DNA of 64,000 nucleotides. Origin: Candidatus Cloacimonadales bacterium. Lineage in GTDB: Bacteria; Cloacimonadota; Cloacimonadia; Cloacimonadales; JAFGVF01. Position 1 is the first letter of the stretch; each line of letters starts with the position of its first letter. The notes beneath the pieces are model-generated. The model saw nothing but the letters and a program-made list of their open reading frames with translations, had not been told where the DNA came from and did not search any database. The stretch lies in the NCBI GenBank assembly GCA_963662585.1, contig OY759729.1, positions 2,400,001 to 2,464,000 of the forward strand. Direction: 5' to 3'. The position numbers were made by a program, and so were the translations under genes. This document shows positions 1 through 9,406 of this stretch, piece after piece.

Positions 1-454
1 TTGTTAATATTGCTATCTTAACTTCTAAAATACCAATAACATCCTTTAATTTTTCTATCGGATAAACTTTTATATTGTTTATTCTTTTATCTACCTTTTC
101 TGGGTCATTATCAAAAGCTGCAACTATCTGTAATCCTGCTTGGGCGAAACCTTCATAATTCAATAATGCATTACCCATATTTCCAACTCCAATTAAGCAA
201 GCATCTGTAAGGTTATCCCAGTCTAAAAATTCAATACATGCTTTCAAAAGTGAATCTACTCTGTGTCCGCGTTTGGGGATACCTCTCACACCAGTCAAGG
301 CTAAGTCCTTTCTAATTTGTGTATGATGGATATCTAGGAATCTAGATAACTCAGAAGCAGAAGTGAATTCTTGCCCTTTTTTCTGCATTGACCGCAAGAT
401 ATATATATATTTAGGAAATCTTCTTAATGTTAAATCTGAAATTTCAAGTGACAT
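1..454 (-). CDS. rex: Redox-sensing transcriptional repressor Rex (3' end outside window)
   Basis: Not in ORF track. Manual translation from ATG at 454 (AGGAG RBS upstream): MSLEISDLTLRRFPKY...SASELS...TQIRKDLALTGVRGIPKRGH...LIGVGNMGNALLNYEGF...IVAAFDNDPEKV, i.e. Rex winged HTH plus Rossmann motif. Confidence 0.92.
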   Translation of the reverse strand, partial: MSLEISDLTLRRFPKYIYILRSMQKKGQEFTSASELSRFLDIHHTQIRKDLALTGVRGIPKRGHRVDSLLKACIEFLDWDNLTDACLIGVGNMGNALLNYEGFAQAGLQIVAAFDNDPEKVDKRINNIKVYPIEKLKDVIGILEVKIAILT

Positions 455-556
455 AAGTTGGTGTACTCCTTTGATAATAATAATAATTATATATCGATAT
501 TATGTGTCAAGAACTTTTTTTGCAGAAATAAATTTTTCTTAACGACTATGAACAAA

Positions 557-586
557 ACCTATATGCTGAATAAACAGCATATAGGT
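557..586 (-). terminator. Intrinsic terminator after adh
   Basis: Perfect 12-bp stem acctatatgctg/cagcatataggt with a short T-run on the minus strand. Confidence 0.7.
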
Positions 587-610
587 GACTAACAAGAGAG
601 ATTTATTGTT

Positions 611-1822
611 TTACTTCATTGGATGTAGGCTACTACTATAAATGTTACTGATAATATCATCAGTAGCACCGACAGGAGCAATAGCTATCAAACCACCTAA
701 AGAAGGAGTTTCGCGAACTAATTTTACTAATTTGTCTATATCTTTTTCTGAGAAACCTTCATCAGAAAGCTTCTGAGTTACTCCCATAGAGAATAACCAC
801 TCTTCAACACCTTTAGCTAATTGATGAGCCTCATCAGGAATTCCTTTTAAGTTTGGAACAATAGGGGCATAGATATCAGCTAAAACTTCTGGACATGCTG
901 GATAGATTGTTTCTAAAACAGCAGGTAAAATCATAGCTAAACCAAGACCGTGAGCTAATTCTGGTTTCAAGGCACTTAGTGGATGTTCCAAGGCATGAGT
1001 ATAATGAAGTAAGCCGTTATCAAAAGAGATTCCACCTAAGGCTGAAGCATAAGTTAAGAAATAACGAGCTTCTAGGTTAGTAAGATCTTCTTTAATCACT
1101 GGTAGGTATTTATGAACTAATCTAATTGTCTCTTGAGCTGTTAAAATTGAATATGGTGAAGCTACAGTTGTGGTTGCAGATTCAGTAACATGATTTAAAG
1201 CATCGATGGAAACAAAGAGAGTTTGATGAAGTGGAAGGTCTTTCATTAAAGCAGGATCATCTATTGCCCAGGTAGGGTAGATGCAATCATAAGCTATAGC
1301 AGGCTTATAATCTTTAGCAGTGATAGTAACCACAGCGAATCTGTTTACTTCAGTACCTGTTCCATGGGTAGTATTAATTGCTAAGATTGGAGCTGCTTTA
1401 GTTGGCACAAAGACACCTTCATAAAGTTCAGCACAAGTATTAGTTGGATATTCCATCATGATAGCTACACTTTTGGCTGTATCAATAGGTGAACCACCAC
1501 CAATACCAATTACTGCTTTAGCCCCAAATTCTAAGGCTATTTTTCTTGCTTCATCAACAGCTGTATCAGTTGGATTAGGAGTTACTTTAGCGAAATTGAT
1601 AAAACTTATGTTGTGTTTGTTAAGTGATTTCTCTATTACATCCCAAGCTCCACATGTTTTATAAGAGCTTCTGCCACTAATTACGATAACTTTATCTATT
1701 CCTTTAGCTATCATTTCATCAGCTATATCATCAATTTTATGAATAGCTCCTACACCAAAATAATCTTTCACTGCAGTTCTGAGTTCAAACACGGCATTGA
1801 TATCAGTTTTTCTTTCGTACAT
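611..1822 (-). CDS. Iron-containing alcohol dehydrogenase
   Basis: GGGSPIDTAK, TTHGTGTE, DALNH and HYTHALEH...HG iron-ligand motifs. Confidence 0.93.
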   Translation of the reverse strand: MYERKTDINAVFELRTAVKDYFGVGAIHKIDDIADEMIAKGIDKVIVISGRSSYKTCGAWDVIEKSLNKHNISFINFAKVTPNPTDTAVDEARKIALEFGAKAVIGIGGGSPIDTAKSVAIMMEYPTNTCAELYEGVFVPTKAAPILAINTTHGTGTEVNRFAVVTITAKDYKPAIAYDCIYPTWAIDDPALMKDLPLHQTLFVSIDALNHVTESATTTVASPYSILTAQETIRLVHKYLPVIKEDLTNLEARYFLTYASALGGISFDNGLLHYTHALEHPLSALKPELAHGLGLAMILPAVLETIYPACPEVLADIYAPIVPNLKGIPDEAHQLAKGVEEWLFSMGVTQKLSDEGFSEKDIDKLVKLVRETPSLGGLIAIAPVGATDDIISNIYSSSLHPMK

Positions 1823-2089
1823 TTTCTACTCCTTTTCTATCTTTTAATTACTTTAAATCAATATGTATATATCGAAATAAATTTGATATGCATTTTGTGT
1901 CAAGAACTATTTTTCATATATTATCTTATAATAAGTGCATTATAGGGAAATATGGCTTATCATCGAGATAAATCAAGATGAAATAAATAAAATAATATTA
2001 TATCGATATATCTTTCTAGTGTTAAATTAGCAAATTAATTTATTGACTAGAAATATGAAATGTTATTAATTTACCAATTAAGAGGTGTT

Positions 2090-2854
2090 ATGTTTAAAGA
2101 GTTATTATTTATAAAAATTAAAGGAATAGAGATTCCTATAGAAATAAAAAGATTTAGTAAATCCCGAGGCATAAAGTTAATGGGTGTTGGTAGTAATATT
2201 CGGGTAACTACGACCCCCTATATTAGTAGAACTAAGATAAAAGAGATTCTTAAGCCATATAGAGAGAAGATTCATGATCTTTTTATGCTAGGGATTCAAG
2301 AAGAGCAAATGGAGCAGGAGAAGAAGGATAATTTAGAGCTGTATGCTTATGTAGAAGGATTTCAATGTGAGCTAGTATATAAAGAGTTTCAAGGTCCAAT
2401 TATAAGTCCATTTCTTGACAAGAAGCAGATTATTATAAGCATGAAAGAAGAGCTAAACTATGCTAATGTTTATAAGGAATTAGATAAGTTTTACACCAAT
2501 ATCGCAAAGAAATATCTGCCAAAATATTTTGAATATTATCTTCCTTGTTTTAATTCAGCTACAAAACCTGAATTGAGAGTAAAGAAAATGCTTAGACAGT
2601 GGGGTAATTGTAAGAAATCAACACAGGTTATAACTTTAAATTCTCATTTAATAAAGTTACCTTCAGAGCTGATTGGTTATATTGTATTTCATGAATTAGC
2701 TCATCTAGTAGAAGCTAATCATGGTAAAGATTTTTACAAAATTATTGAGCATAAATATCCTAATAGAAAAGAGCTTGATAGAAGATTAAAGAACTGGTCT
2801 TTTATTTTAAATGATAATTATATAGAGGAGTATTCAGGTGAAAAATCCAGTTAA
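2090..2854 (+). CDS. YgjP/DUF45 (M48-like) metallopeptidase-domain protein
   Basis: KMLRQWGNC...ITLNSHL...YIVFHELAHLVEANHGKDF (HExxH). Start taken at MFKELL after a GAGG RBS. Confidence 0.85.
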   Translation: MFKELLFIKIKGIEIPIEIKRFSKSRGIKLMGVGSNIRVTTTPYISRTKIKEILKPYREKIHDLFMLGIQEEQMEQEKKDNLELYAYVEGFQCELVYKEFQGPIISPFLDKKQIIISMKEELNYANVYKELDKFYTNIAKKYLPKYFEYYLPCFNSATKPELRVKKMLRQWGNCKKSTQVITLNSHLIKLPSELIGYIVFHELAHLVEANHGKDFYKIIEHKYPNRKELDRRLKNWSFILNDNYIEEYSGEKSS

Positions 2855-2892
2855 AAAGGTATGTGCCATTCATGATTTAGCTGGGTTAGGTC
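2838..2892 (+). repeat. 55-bp exact copy of the pdxK 5' end (7702-7756)
   Basis: gtgaaaaatccagttaaaaaggtatgtgccattcatgatttagctgggttaggtc occurs at both positions. Confidence 0.95.
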
Positions 2893-3348
2893 TCTTTTCA
2901 TTTTTTTTTAATGAAGATCAAAAAATGAATTTGATTCTTGCATCTTGAAATTTATATAATCTATCTTATTAGTGTGGAACTTCAAAATAGCAACTAAGTT
3001 TTTTTGAAAATAGGATTTACAATACTTTTATCATAGTCCTAATCTCCTCTTAAGCAAACCTTATCATTTCTTAAGTATCTTTAGAAAACCCTTTGTAATA
3101 CATATTTGTGGCATTTAGAAAAATTAAGAATTTATTCTGGGTTAAAATAAGTTTCAAGGTTAGGCTTTTACAAATCTATTTAAAATGCAGGTTATAATTT
3201 TAAATGCAATTACTTCTATGTTCTTAGATCATTCATTTTCCTTACTACTTATTTGAGAGTACAGAGCAAAGAGTAAGTCAACATCTCTGAGTCTTGAGTC
3301 TTTTTTAACAACAGAGATGGCTAATAGAATTATTCAAATTAAGCAAGA

Positions 3349-3404
3349 TAAATTCCCCTCTTCATAGCTTAGCAATATCTTTAAGAGGGGTTGGATGCAA
3401 ACCA
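3349..3404 (+). repeat. REP-like module C (CCCCTCTT...AAGAGGGG)
   Basis: taaattcccctctt...aagaggggttggatgcaaacca resembles 19181-19252 and the reverse complement of 42631-42708. Confidence 0.7.
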
Positions 3405-3568
3405 TCAGGAGGGGGAAGAAATACATGAAAACGCAAGAGTTTGTGAAAGATAAAAGAATTACAAAAAAGACTTGCCAAAAAAACAGTCCTGAATATAATA
3501 ATAAAATTACTGAATAACTGAAAAGATTACATGCTTACATATGGAAATAAAAAAAAGGGAAAAATTGT

Positions 3569-6500
3569 ATGATGAAAGACCTTACATTAAATGAAGTGTG
3601 TCAAAAATATGGAGTAAGCAGAGAAGAAGTAAGAACCTTTATCAGTAAAGGTCTGTTTAGTTTTGGTGATAGAGAATATCATGATTTGGTTTTCCCACTA
3701 CAAGATATTACTAAATTAGATTTATTACTTCAGTTAAAGAATGAAGGATTGTCTTATGATAAAGCTATTTCAATTTTAAAAAATAAAACAATCTATCCGC
3801 AAAGCGAAACTCATAAAATTGCAAAAAATCACTTGTTTGAAGATTCCTTTTATCGAGAGTTATTCTTTGAATCACCAAGCTATCTTACAATTACTGATGA
3901 TAAGGGTAATATTATTGAAATGAATAAAGTAGTAAGAGAAAAATTAGGTTATGGTGATGAGATGATAGGAAAATCATTATTGGAGTTTCACCCTGAAGAC
4001 CTTAGACTAGAAGCAACGGAGAATCTATACAGGATTATAAATGGAGACTTAGAGTATTGTCCTTTAGACATTCTTACTAAAGATGGCCGGAGGATGAAGG
4101 TCGAAAGTAGAATAGTTATCGTAGAAAATGAAGGTCAGAAACTAATGTTAGGTATTAGTAGCGAAAAGTCCATTTCTCAGGAGATGGATAAGATGCTGGA
4201 GAAGAGAGAAAATCTCTTTAGAACATTGTTTCAAATCAGTATGTCAGCATCAATCATTATCTCCCAAGAAACAGGCAAAATATTGACTGTAAATAGAGCA
4301 TGGGAAGTTAACACAGGCTACCAATCAGAAGACATATTAGGTAAAACAATTGCGGAGTTGAATATTATCAGCGAAATAGATAAATTAACAACTATTGAAG
4401 AAGAGATTGCTGATAAAGGATTTATTAATGATCAAGAGTTAATTTTTAATGCAAAGACAGGAGAGAAAAGAGTCATCAATATCTCAGCATCATTAATAGA
4501 TTATTATGAACCATCAATCTTAATAAGCGGAGTAGATATAACTGATTACAAGGAATCTCAGCAGCGATTAGAGACAACAGTAGCTGAAAAAATTGTCGAG
4601 ATAAAAGAGCTTTATGAGTTAAATGAGGCTATTATTGATGCTATTCCAGATTTTGTTGTTTTGCTAGATCAGCAAGGACAAATTCATAAAGTATATGATT
4701 CCCCAAATAATGAAATATCACTAATTAATAAAGAGGATCAAGGAAGCAATATTAACAATATTTTTACAGAATCAGCCTCTTTTATAATCAAGTTAGCAGT
4801 ATCAGAAACATATCTGAAAGGTTATTCCTTCAACAATGTATTTCGTCAAATCATCCAGGGACAAGAAAACTGGTACTCAATTTCTTTAAGTAAGATTAAT
4901 AATGTTAAGGATTTGGTCGTTGGTGTCATCAGTGATATAACAGTAACTGTTAGACATACACTTGAATTGGAAAATAGTGAGTCTCGTTACAGATCTATAT
5001 TTAATTCTAAAGCTTCTGCAATGTTATTAATAGATGTAAATGAAGGAGAAGTTTTTGATGCAAATAAAGCAGCAGAAGAATTATTTGGAATTAATAGCAA
5101 TCTTCTTAAGAGAATGACTTTTAGTGAGTTAATACCTAAGGGAAATGTTATTCTAAGAAATATTACTAATGGAAATGATGTAACAAAAGATGGTGAGCAA
5201 TTTAAAACTGAGATTTTGACTTCTAAGAAAGAAACAAAACATATAGAATTGTATATAGGAAGCATTTATTTCAACAAACAGAGACGATTAATTGCCATTA
5301 TTCATGATATTACAGCAGAATTTATGGCTGAATCCTTGTTAACTCAGCAGAAAGTTCGACTTCAAACTGTCATAGATGGTTCTGCAGCAGGTTTATGGGA
5401 TTGGAATGTTCAGACAGGAGAGTTAACTGTTGAGGGTAATTTCTTTGGAATGTTAGGTTTCAAGCGAGAGGATCTTGAGCCAATCAGCATAGAGACTTGG
5501 AGATTATTATGTCATCCTGAAGACTTAAAGAAATCTGACAAGTTAATTCAAGATATGTTGGATGGGAAAACAGATAATTACGAATGTGAAATTAGAATGA
5601 AACATAAATCAGGTGATTGGATTTGGATTTTTGATAAGGGGAAGATTATTGAAAATGATGATCAGGGTAATCCTATAAGATTAGCAGGAACTCATATTGA
5701 ATTTACCGAAAGGAAGAAAGCTCAGTTAAATTTAGAATGTAGGTTTGCAATTGAAGAACTTTTAAACAAAATGTCCAAAGACTTTATAGAAAGTGATGTT
5801 TTTGCTACATCGGAGGTTATAGACAGGTCTTTGAAACTGATAGGAGAATTCTCAAAATCTGATCGGTGCTATTTCTTCATTTTTCAAAATGATCCTGAAT
5901 TAATGTCAAATACAAATGAGTGGTGTTCAAAAGGTATTGAACCACAAATAGAGATTCTTCAGGACTTGCCTGTTTCAATATTCCCTTGGTGGATGAAGAA
6001 ACTCAAGAACTTCGAAACAATTTATGTTCCTGATGTAGCAAAAATGGAGCCTGAAGCAAGTGAAGAACAGAAAATCTTGCAAGAACAGGATATTAAATCA
6101 GTTTTGGTTATTCCTGTCTATTCAGAGAAAAAACTTCTGGGTTTCTTAGGCTTTGATGCAGTGAAAGATTATGCTAAATGGTTGGATTCTGATATCTTCC
6201 TTTTAGAAAATGTGGGAGTAATGATAGCTAATAATTTATCTAGGGAAGAATTACTGGTTAATTTGATTGATGCTAAGAAAATTGCTCAAGAAAGTAATAG
6301 GATTAAATCTGAATTCATCGCTAATATTAACCACGAAATTAGAACTCCTTTACATACACTATTTAATTTCTTTGAACTCATGAAAATATCTGATCTCCCT
6401 GTAGAAATTAAAAAGATTATACCATCAATTGCACAATCAACCAATAACTTAGCAGATATGTTGCAAAGTATCTTAACAATAAATAATATAGATTCAGGGA

Positions 6501-7393
6501 AAATAAAAATAAATGAAGAGAGATGTAATTTTTCTACAATAGTCAATAATATTATTTATGTTTATAAAGCTGATCTATCTGAAAAAATTATTGACATTGT
6601 AGTAGATCTGAAAGAAGAGAAAACATGGGATATAATTACTGACTTTAACCTACTTAAGAATATTCTCAATGCTATAATCAGTAATGCAATCAAATATTCC
6701 GAAAAGGGAACAATCAAAATCTCAGCAGAGATTGAAGAAAGTGATAGAACATTCTTATCAATCACAATTTCTGACCAAGGATCTGGTATGGACGAATTTG
6801 AAATTAAGAACATTTTTGTTACATTTTACCAAAGCGAAGACTTTATTACAAAAAAGAATTCTGGATTTGGACTTGGAATGCCTATTGTTAAGAAATTCAT
6901 AGACCTTTTGGGTGGGAATATTGAAATTAAGAGTGAAAAAAATGTGGGTACTGATATTAATCTAAAACTCCCAATAAAATTATCATCTGAACAAGCTCAA
7001 TTAAAGGAAATAAGCAGAGAAGGAATTTCAGTATTATTAGTTGAAGATAATAGTATCCTTGTTAAAATGATGAAAAAAGTGTTTGAGAAAAACACATTTC
7101 ATATTTCAATAGCTATCAATGGTCAGATAGCTGTTGATTTATCCAAGAAAAAGAAAGTAGATGTAATCCTCATGGACATTCAAATGCCTGTAATGGATGG
7201 TATTGCTGCGGCAAGGATAATAAAAACTGATCCAACAAATCCTAATTATAAAACCCCGATAATTGCTGTATCTGCTCATTTGGAGTATGATGAACTTGAA
7301 TATTCTCATGAGTTTGATGATTTAGTACAAAAACCTGTAAATTTTAAGTGTTTGTTCCAAAAAATATATAGTTTGATTGATAAATCTAAATAA
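3569..7393 (+). CDS. Hybrid sensor histidine kinase: MerR-like HTH, ~5 PAS, GAF, HisKA, HATPase, REC
   Basis: H-box FIANINHEIRTPL, NAIKYS, DQGSG, GFGLG; receiver LLVEDN...LMDIQMPVMDG...KP; PAS3 GLWDWN...HPED. No transmembrane segment evident. Confidence 0.92.
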   Translation: MMKDLTLNEVCQKYGVSREEVRTFISKGLFSFGDREYHDLVFPLQDITKLDLLLQLKNEGLSYDKAISILKNKTIYPQSETHKIAKNHLFEDSFYRELFFESPSYLTITDDKGNIIEMNKVVREKLGYGDEMIGKSLLEFHPEDLRLEATENLYRIINGDLEYCPLDILTKDGRRMKVESRIVIVENEGQKLMLGISSEKSISQEMDKMLEKRENLFRTLFQISMSASIIISQETGKILTVNRAWEVNTGYQSEDILGKTIAELNIISEIDKLTTIEEEIADKGFINDQELIFNAKTGEKRVINISASLIDYYEPSILISGVDITDYKESQQRLETTVAEKIVEIKELYELNEAIIDAIPDFVVLLDQQGQIHKVYDSPNNEISLINKEDQGSNINNIFTESASFIIKLAVSETYLKGYSFNNVFRQIIQGQENWYSISLSKINNVKDLVVGVISDITVTVRHTLELENSESRYRSIFNSKASAMLLIDVNEGEVFDANKAAEELFGINSNLLKRMTFSELIPKGNVILRNITNGNDVTKDGEQFKTEILTSKKETKHIELYIGSIYFNKQRRLIAIIHDITAEFMAESLLTQQKVRLQTVIDGSAAGLWDWNVQTGELTVEGNFFGMLGFKREDLEPISIETWRLLCHPEDLKKSDKLIQDMLDGKTDNYECEIRMKHKSGDWIWIFDKGKIIENDDQGNPIRLAGTHIEFTERKKAQLNLECRFAIEELLNKMSKDFIESDVFATSEVIDRSLKLIGEFSKSDRCYFFIFQNDPELMSNTNEWCSKGIEPQIEILQDLPVSIFPWWMKKLKNFETIYVPDVAKMEPEASEEQKILQEQDIKSVLVIPVYSEKKLLGFLGFDAVKDYAKWLDSDIFLLENVGVMIANNLSREELLVNLIDAKKIAQESNRIKSEFIANINHEIRTPLHTLFNFFELMKISDLPVEIKKIIPSIAQSTNNLADMLQSILTINNIDSGKIKINEERCNFSTIVNNIIYVYKADLSEKIIDIVVDLKEEKTWDIITDFNLLKNILNAIISNAIKYSEKGTIKISAEIEESDRTFLSITISDQGSGMDEFEIKNIFVTFYQSEDFITKKNSGFGLGMPIVKKFIDLLGGNIEIKSEKNVGTDINLKLPIKLSSEQAQLKEISREGISVLLVEDNSILVKMMKKVFEKNTFHISIAINGQIAVDLSKKKKVDVILMDIQMPVMDGIAAARIIKTDPTNPNYKTPIIAVSAHLEYDELEYSHEFDDLVQKPVNFKCLFQKIYSLIDKSK

Positions 7394-7454
7394 AGATTGA
7401 CAGGTCTCAACACATCTCTCAACATAAAATAGACAAAATATATTTTAGTGAGGA

Positions 7455-7718
7455 ATGATGTTAAATGACAAAGTTCATATAGATTTCGATAATGTTTGTA
7501 TTCCAATTGATCTAAGAGAATATCTTCACTCCAGTAAGATTAAAATATTTACTAATGGTAACCAAATAACGCAAAGTACATGTTATCTTGTTAGAAAGAA
7601 TATAAGTATTAAAGATATAAAGCAGTGGAAAGAAAAGATTTATAAACAAGTTGAAACTGGTTTATCTTTGAAAAATTATACTTTTATGAAGGAGTATCCA
7701 AGTGAAAAATCCAGTTAA
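7455..7718 (+). pseudogene. Internally deleted paralogue of the 2090-2854 metallopeptidase
   Basis: 68 aa from the second Met align ungapped with the N-terminus of 2090-2854 (16 identities). C-terminus EYPSEKSS vs EYSGEKSS. No HExxH. Confidence 0.65.
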
Positions 7719-8574
7719 AAAGGTATGTGCCATTCATGATTTAGCTGGGTTAGGTCATGTCTCTTTAAACGAAGTAATTGCGATTCTTAGCACTATGGGG
7801 CATCAAGTTGTCTCACTTCCTACAGCAGTTTTATCATCAAATACTGCTTATGAGAATTTTAGGTTTTTAGATTTAACTACTCAGATGCCTGGTTTTATCG
7901 AGCATTGGCAAGAGTTAGGGCTAGTATTTGATGCTATATATAGTGGTTTTCTAGGTTCACCTCAGCAGATTCATATTGTGAAAGATTTAATTAGAGATTT
8001 TCATAATCCAGAGTTATTGGTAGTAGTAGATCCTGTTTTTGGTGATAATGGAGAGTTATATAGTGCTTTCACTTTAGAAATAGTAGATGAGATGAAGAAA
8101 TTAGTTGAGTCTGCTGACATAATTACCCCCAATATAACCGAAGCATCTTTTTTATTGAATGAGAAGTATCCGCAAGATTTACCTATTAAACAAGCAAAAG
8201 ACTGGTGTAGAAGATTAGCAGAGTGTGGGCCCAAAGTAGTTGTTTTAACAAGTGTTCCTGATGAATGTGTTAAAAAGAGAACAGGAGTTATAGCCTATAA
8301 TAGGGAAGAAAATAGGTTTTGGAAAGTTTCTTGTGATTATATTCCGGCTAGTTATCCTGGTACAGGGGATGCTTTCACTAGTGTTCTTTTAGGAAGTTTA
8401 ATGCAGGGTGATAGTTTGCCTATCGCTTTAGATAGGGCTGTTCAATTTATATCTATAGGAATTCGTTCAACTTATGGTTTCAAGCACCAAGTAAATGAAG
8501 GAATCTTAGTTGAGAGAGTTTTATCATATCTAAAGGCACCTATTCCTATGGGTAGTTTTGAGATATTGGAGTAA
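7702..8574 (+). CDS. pdxK: Pyridoxal/pyridoxamine kinase
   Basis: AIHDLAGLG, LPTAVLSS, DAIYSGFLGS, VDPVFGDNG, ITPNITEA, GTGDAF. Confidence 0.92.
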   Translation: MKNPVKKVCAIHDLAGLGHVSLNEVIAILSTMGHQVVSLPTAVLSSNTAYENFRFLDLTTQMPGFIEHWQELGLVFDAIYSGFLGSPQQIHIVKDLIRDFHNPELLVVVDPVFGDNGELYSAFTLEIVDEMKKLVESADIITPNITEASFLLNEKYPQDLPIKQAKDWCRRLAECGPKVVVLTSVPDECVKKRTGVIAYNREENRFWKVSCDYIPASYPGTGDAFTSVLLGSLMQGDSLPIALDRAVQFISIGIRSTYGFKHQVNEGILVERVLSYLKAPIPMGSFEILE

Positions 8575-8575
8575 T

Positions 8576-9397
8576 ATGAAAAAGATAGTATTTACAGATT
8601 TAGATAGGACCCTTTTCACTTCAGATTCCAAAATATCTCAGAGGAATTATGATTCTCTAGTTAAACTAGGAGAAGAAGGTATTATTAGGGTGATAGTTAC
8701 TGGTAGAAATCTTTTTTCTGCCAAGCATGTTTTACCTCCTGATTTTCCTTTAGATTATTTAGTGATATCTTCGGGAGCAGGTGTGATTAATTTTCGCACT
8801 CAAGAAATTCTTTCTAAAAAAGAGATAGAGAATCAAGTGGTTTGTCGAGTAATAAGTTATTTAAAAGAACTTGATGTAGATTTTATGATTCATTCACCAA
8901 TTCCTGATAATCACCATTTTGAATATTTTCAAGCATCTAAACCTTGTGTAGATTCCTTAAAAAGAATTGCACATTATAAGGATTTTGCTAGACTTCATCA
9001 GGGAGAATATAGGGGGAGTGCATCTCAGTTTCTTTCAGTTGTTGGGGCTGAAAAAGAGCATTTAGTAGAGCATGCAATTGAAAATCTTCCTGATCTTTCT
9101 ATAATTAGGGCGACTTCTCCTCTTGATCATAAATCTGTATGGATTGAGATTTTTCCTCAGGGAATTGATAAAGGTTATGCTTGCCGAAAGGTTATAAGGA
9201 AATTAGCTTTTAAAACTGAAGAGGTTCTGACAATTGGCAATGATTATAATGATCTTGCTATGCTTGAGTCTTTTACAGACTCTTTCGTTGTGGCAAATGC
9301 TCCTCAAGAATTGCAAGATAGATTTAAGGTTGTGGCTACTGATAGGGAAGATGGTTTTACAGAAATGCTAACAAAATATTTTGACTTTATAAAGTGA
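8576..9397 (+). CDS. Cof-type HAD-IIB hydrolase
   Basis: FTDLDRTL, VTGR, DKG, IGNDYNDLAM. Confidence 0.88.
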   Translation: MKKIVFTDLDRTLFTSDSKISQRNYDSLVKLGEEGIIRVIVTGRNLFSAKHVLPPDFPLDYLVISSGAGVINFRTQEILSKKEIENQVVCRVISYLKELDVDFMIHSPIPDNHHFEYFQASKPCVDSLKRIAHYKDFARLHQGEYRGSASQFLSVVGAEKEHLVEHAIENLPDLSIIRATSPLDHKSVWIEIFPQGIDKGYACRKVIRKLAFKTEEVLTIGNDYNDLAMLESFTDSFVVANAPQELQDRFKVVATDREDGFTEMLTKYFDFIK

Positions 9398-9406
9398 GGA
9401 TTTTAG

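Noticed and set aside
3395..3445. c-di-GMP-I riboswitch-like words GCAAACC...ACGCAA upstream of the kinase
   Set aside because: No GNRA-capped P2 or P3 pairing; the segment is the tail of REP-like module C.
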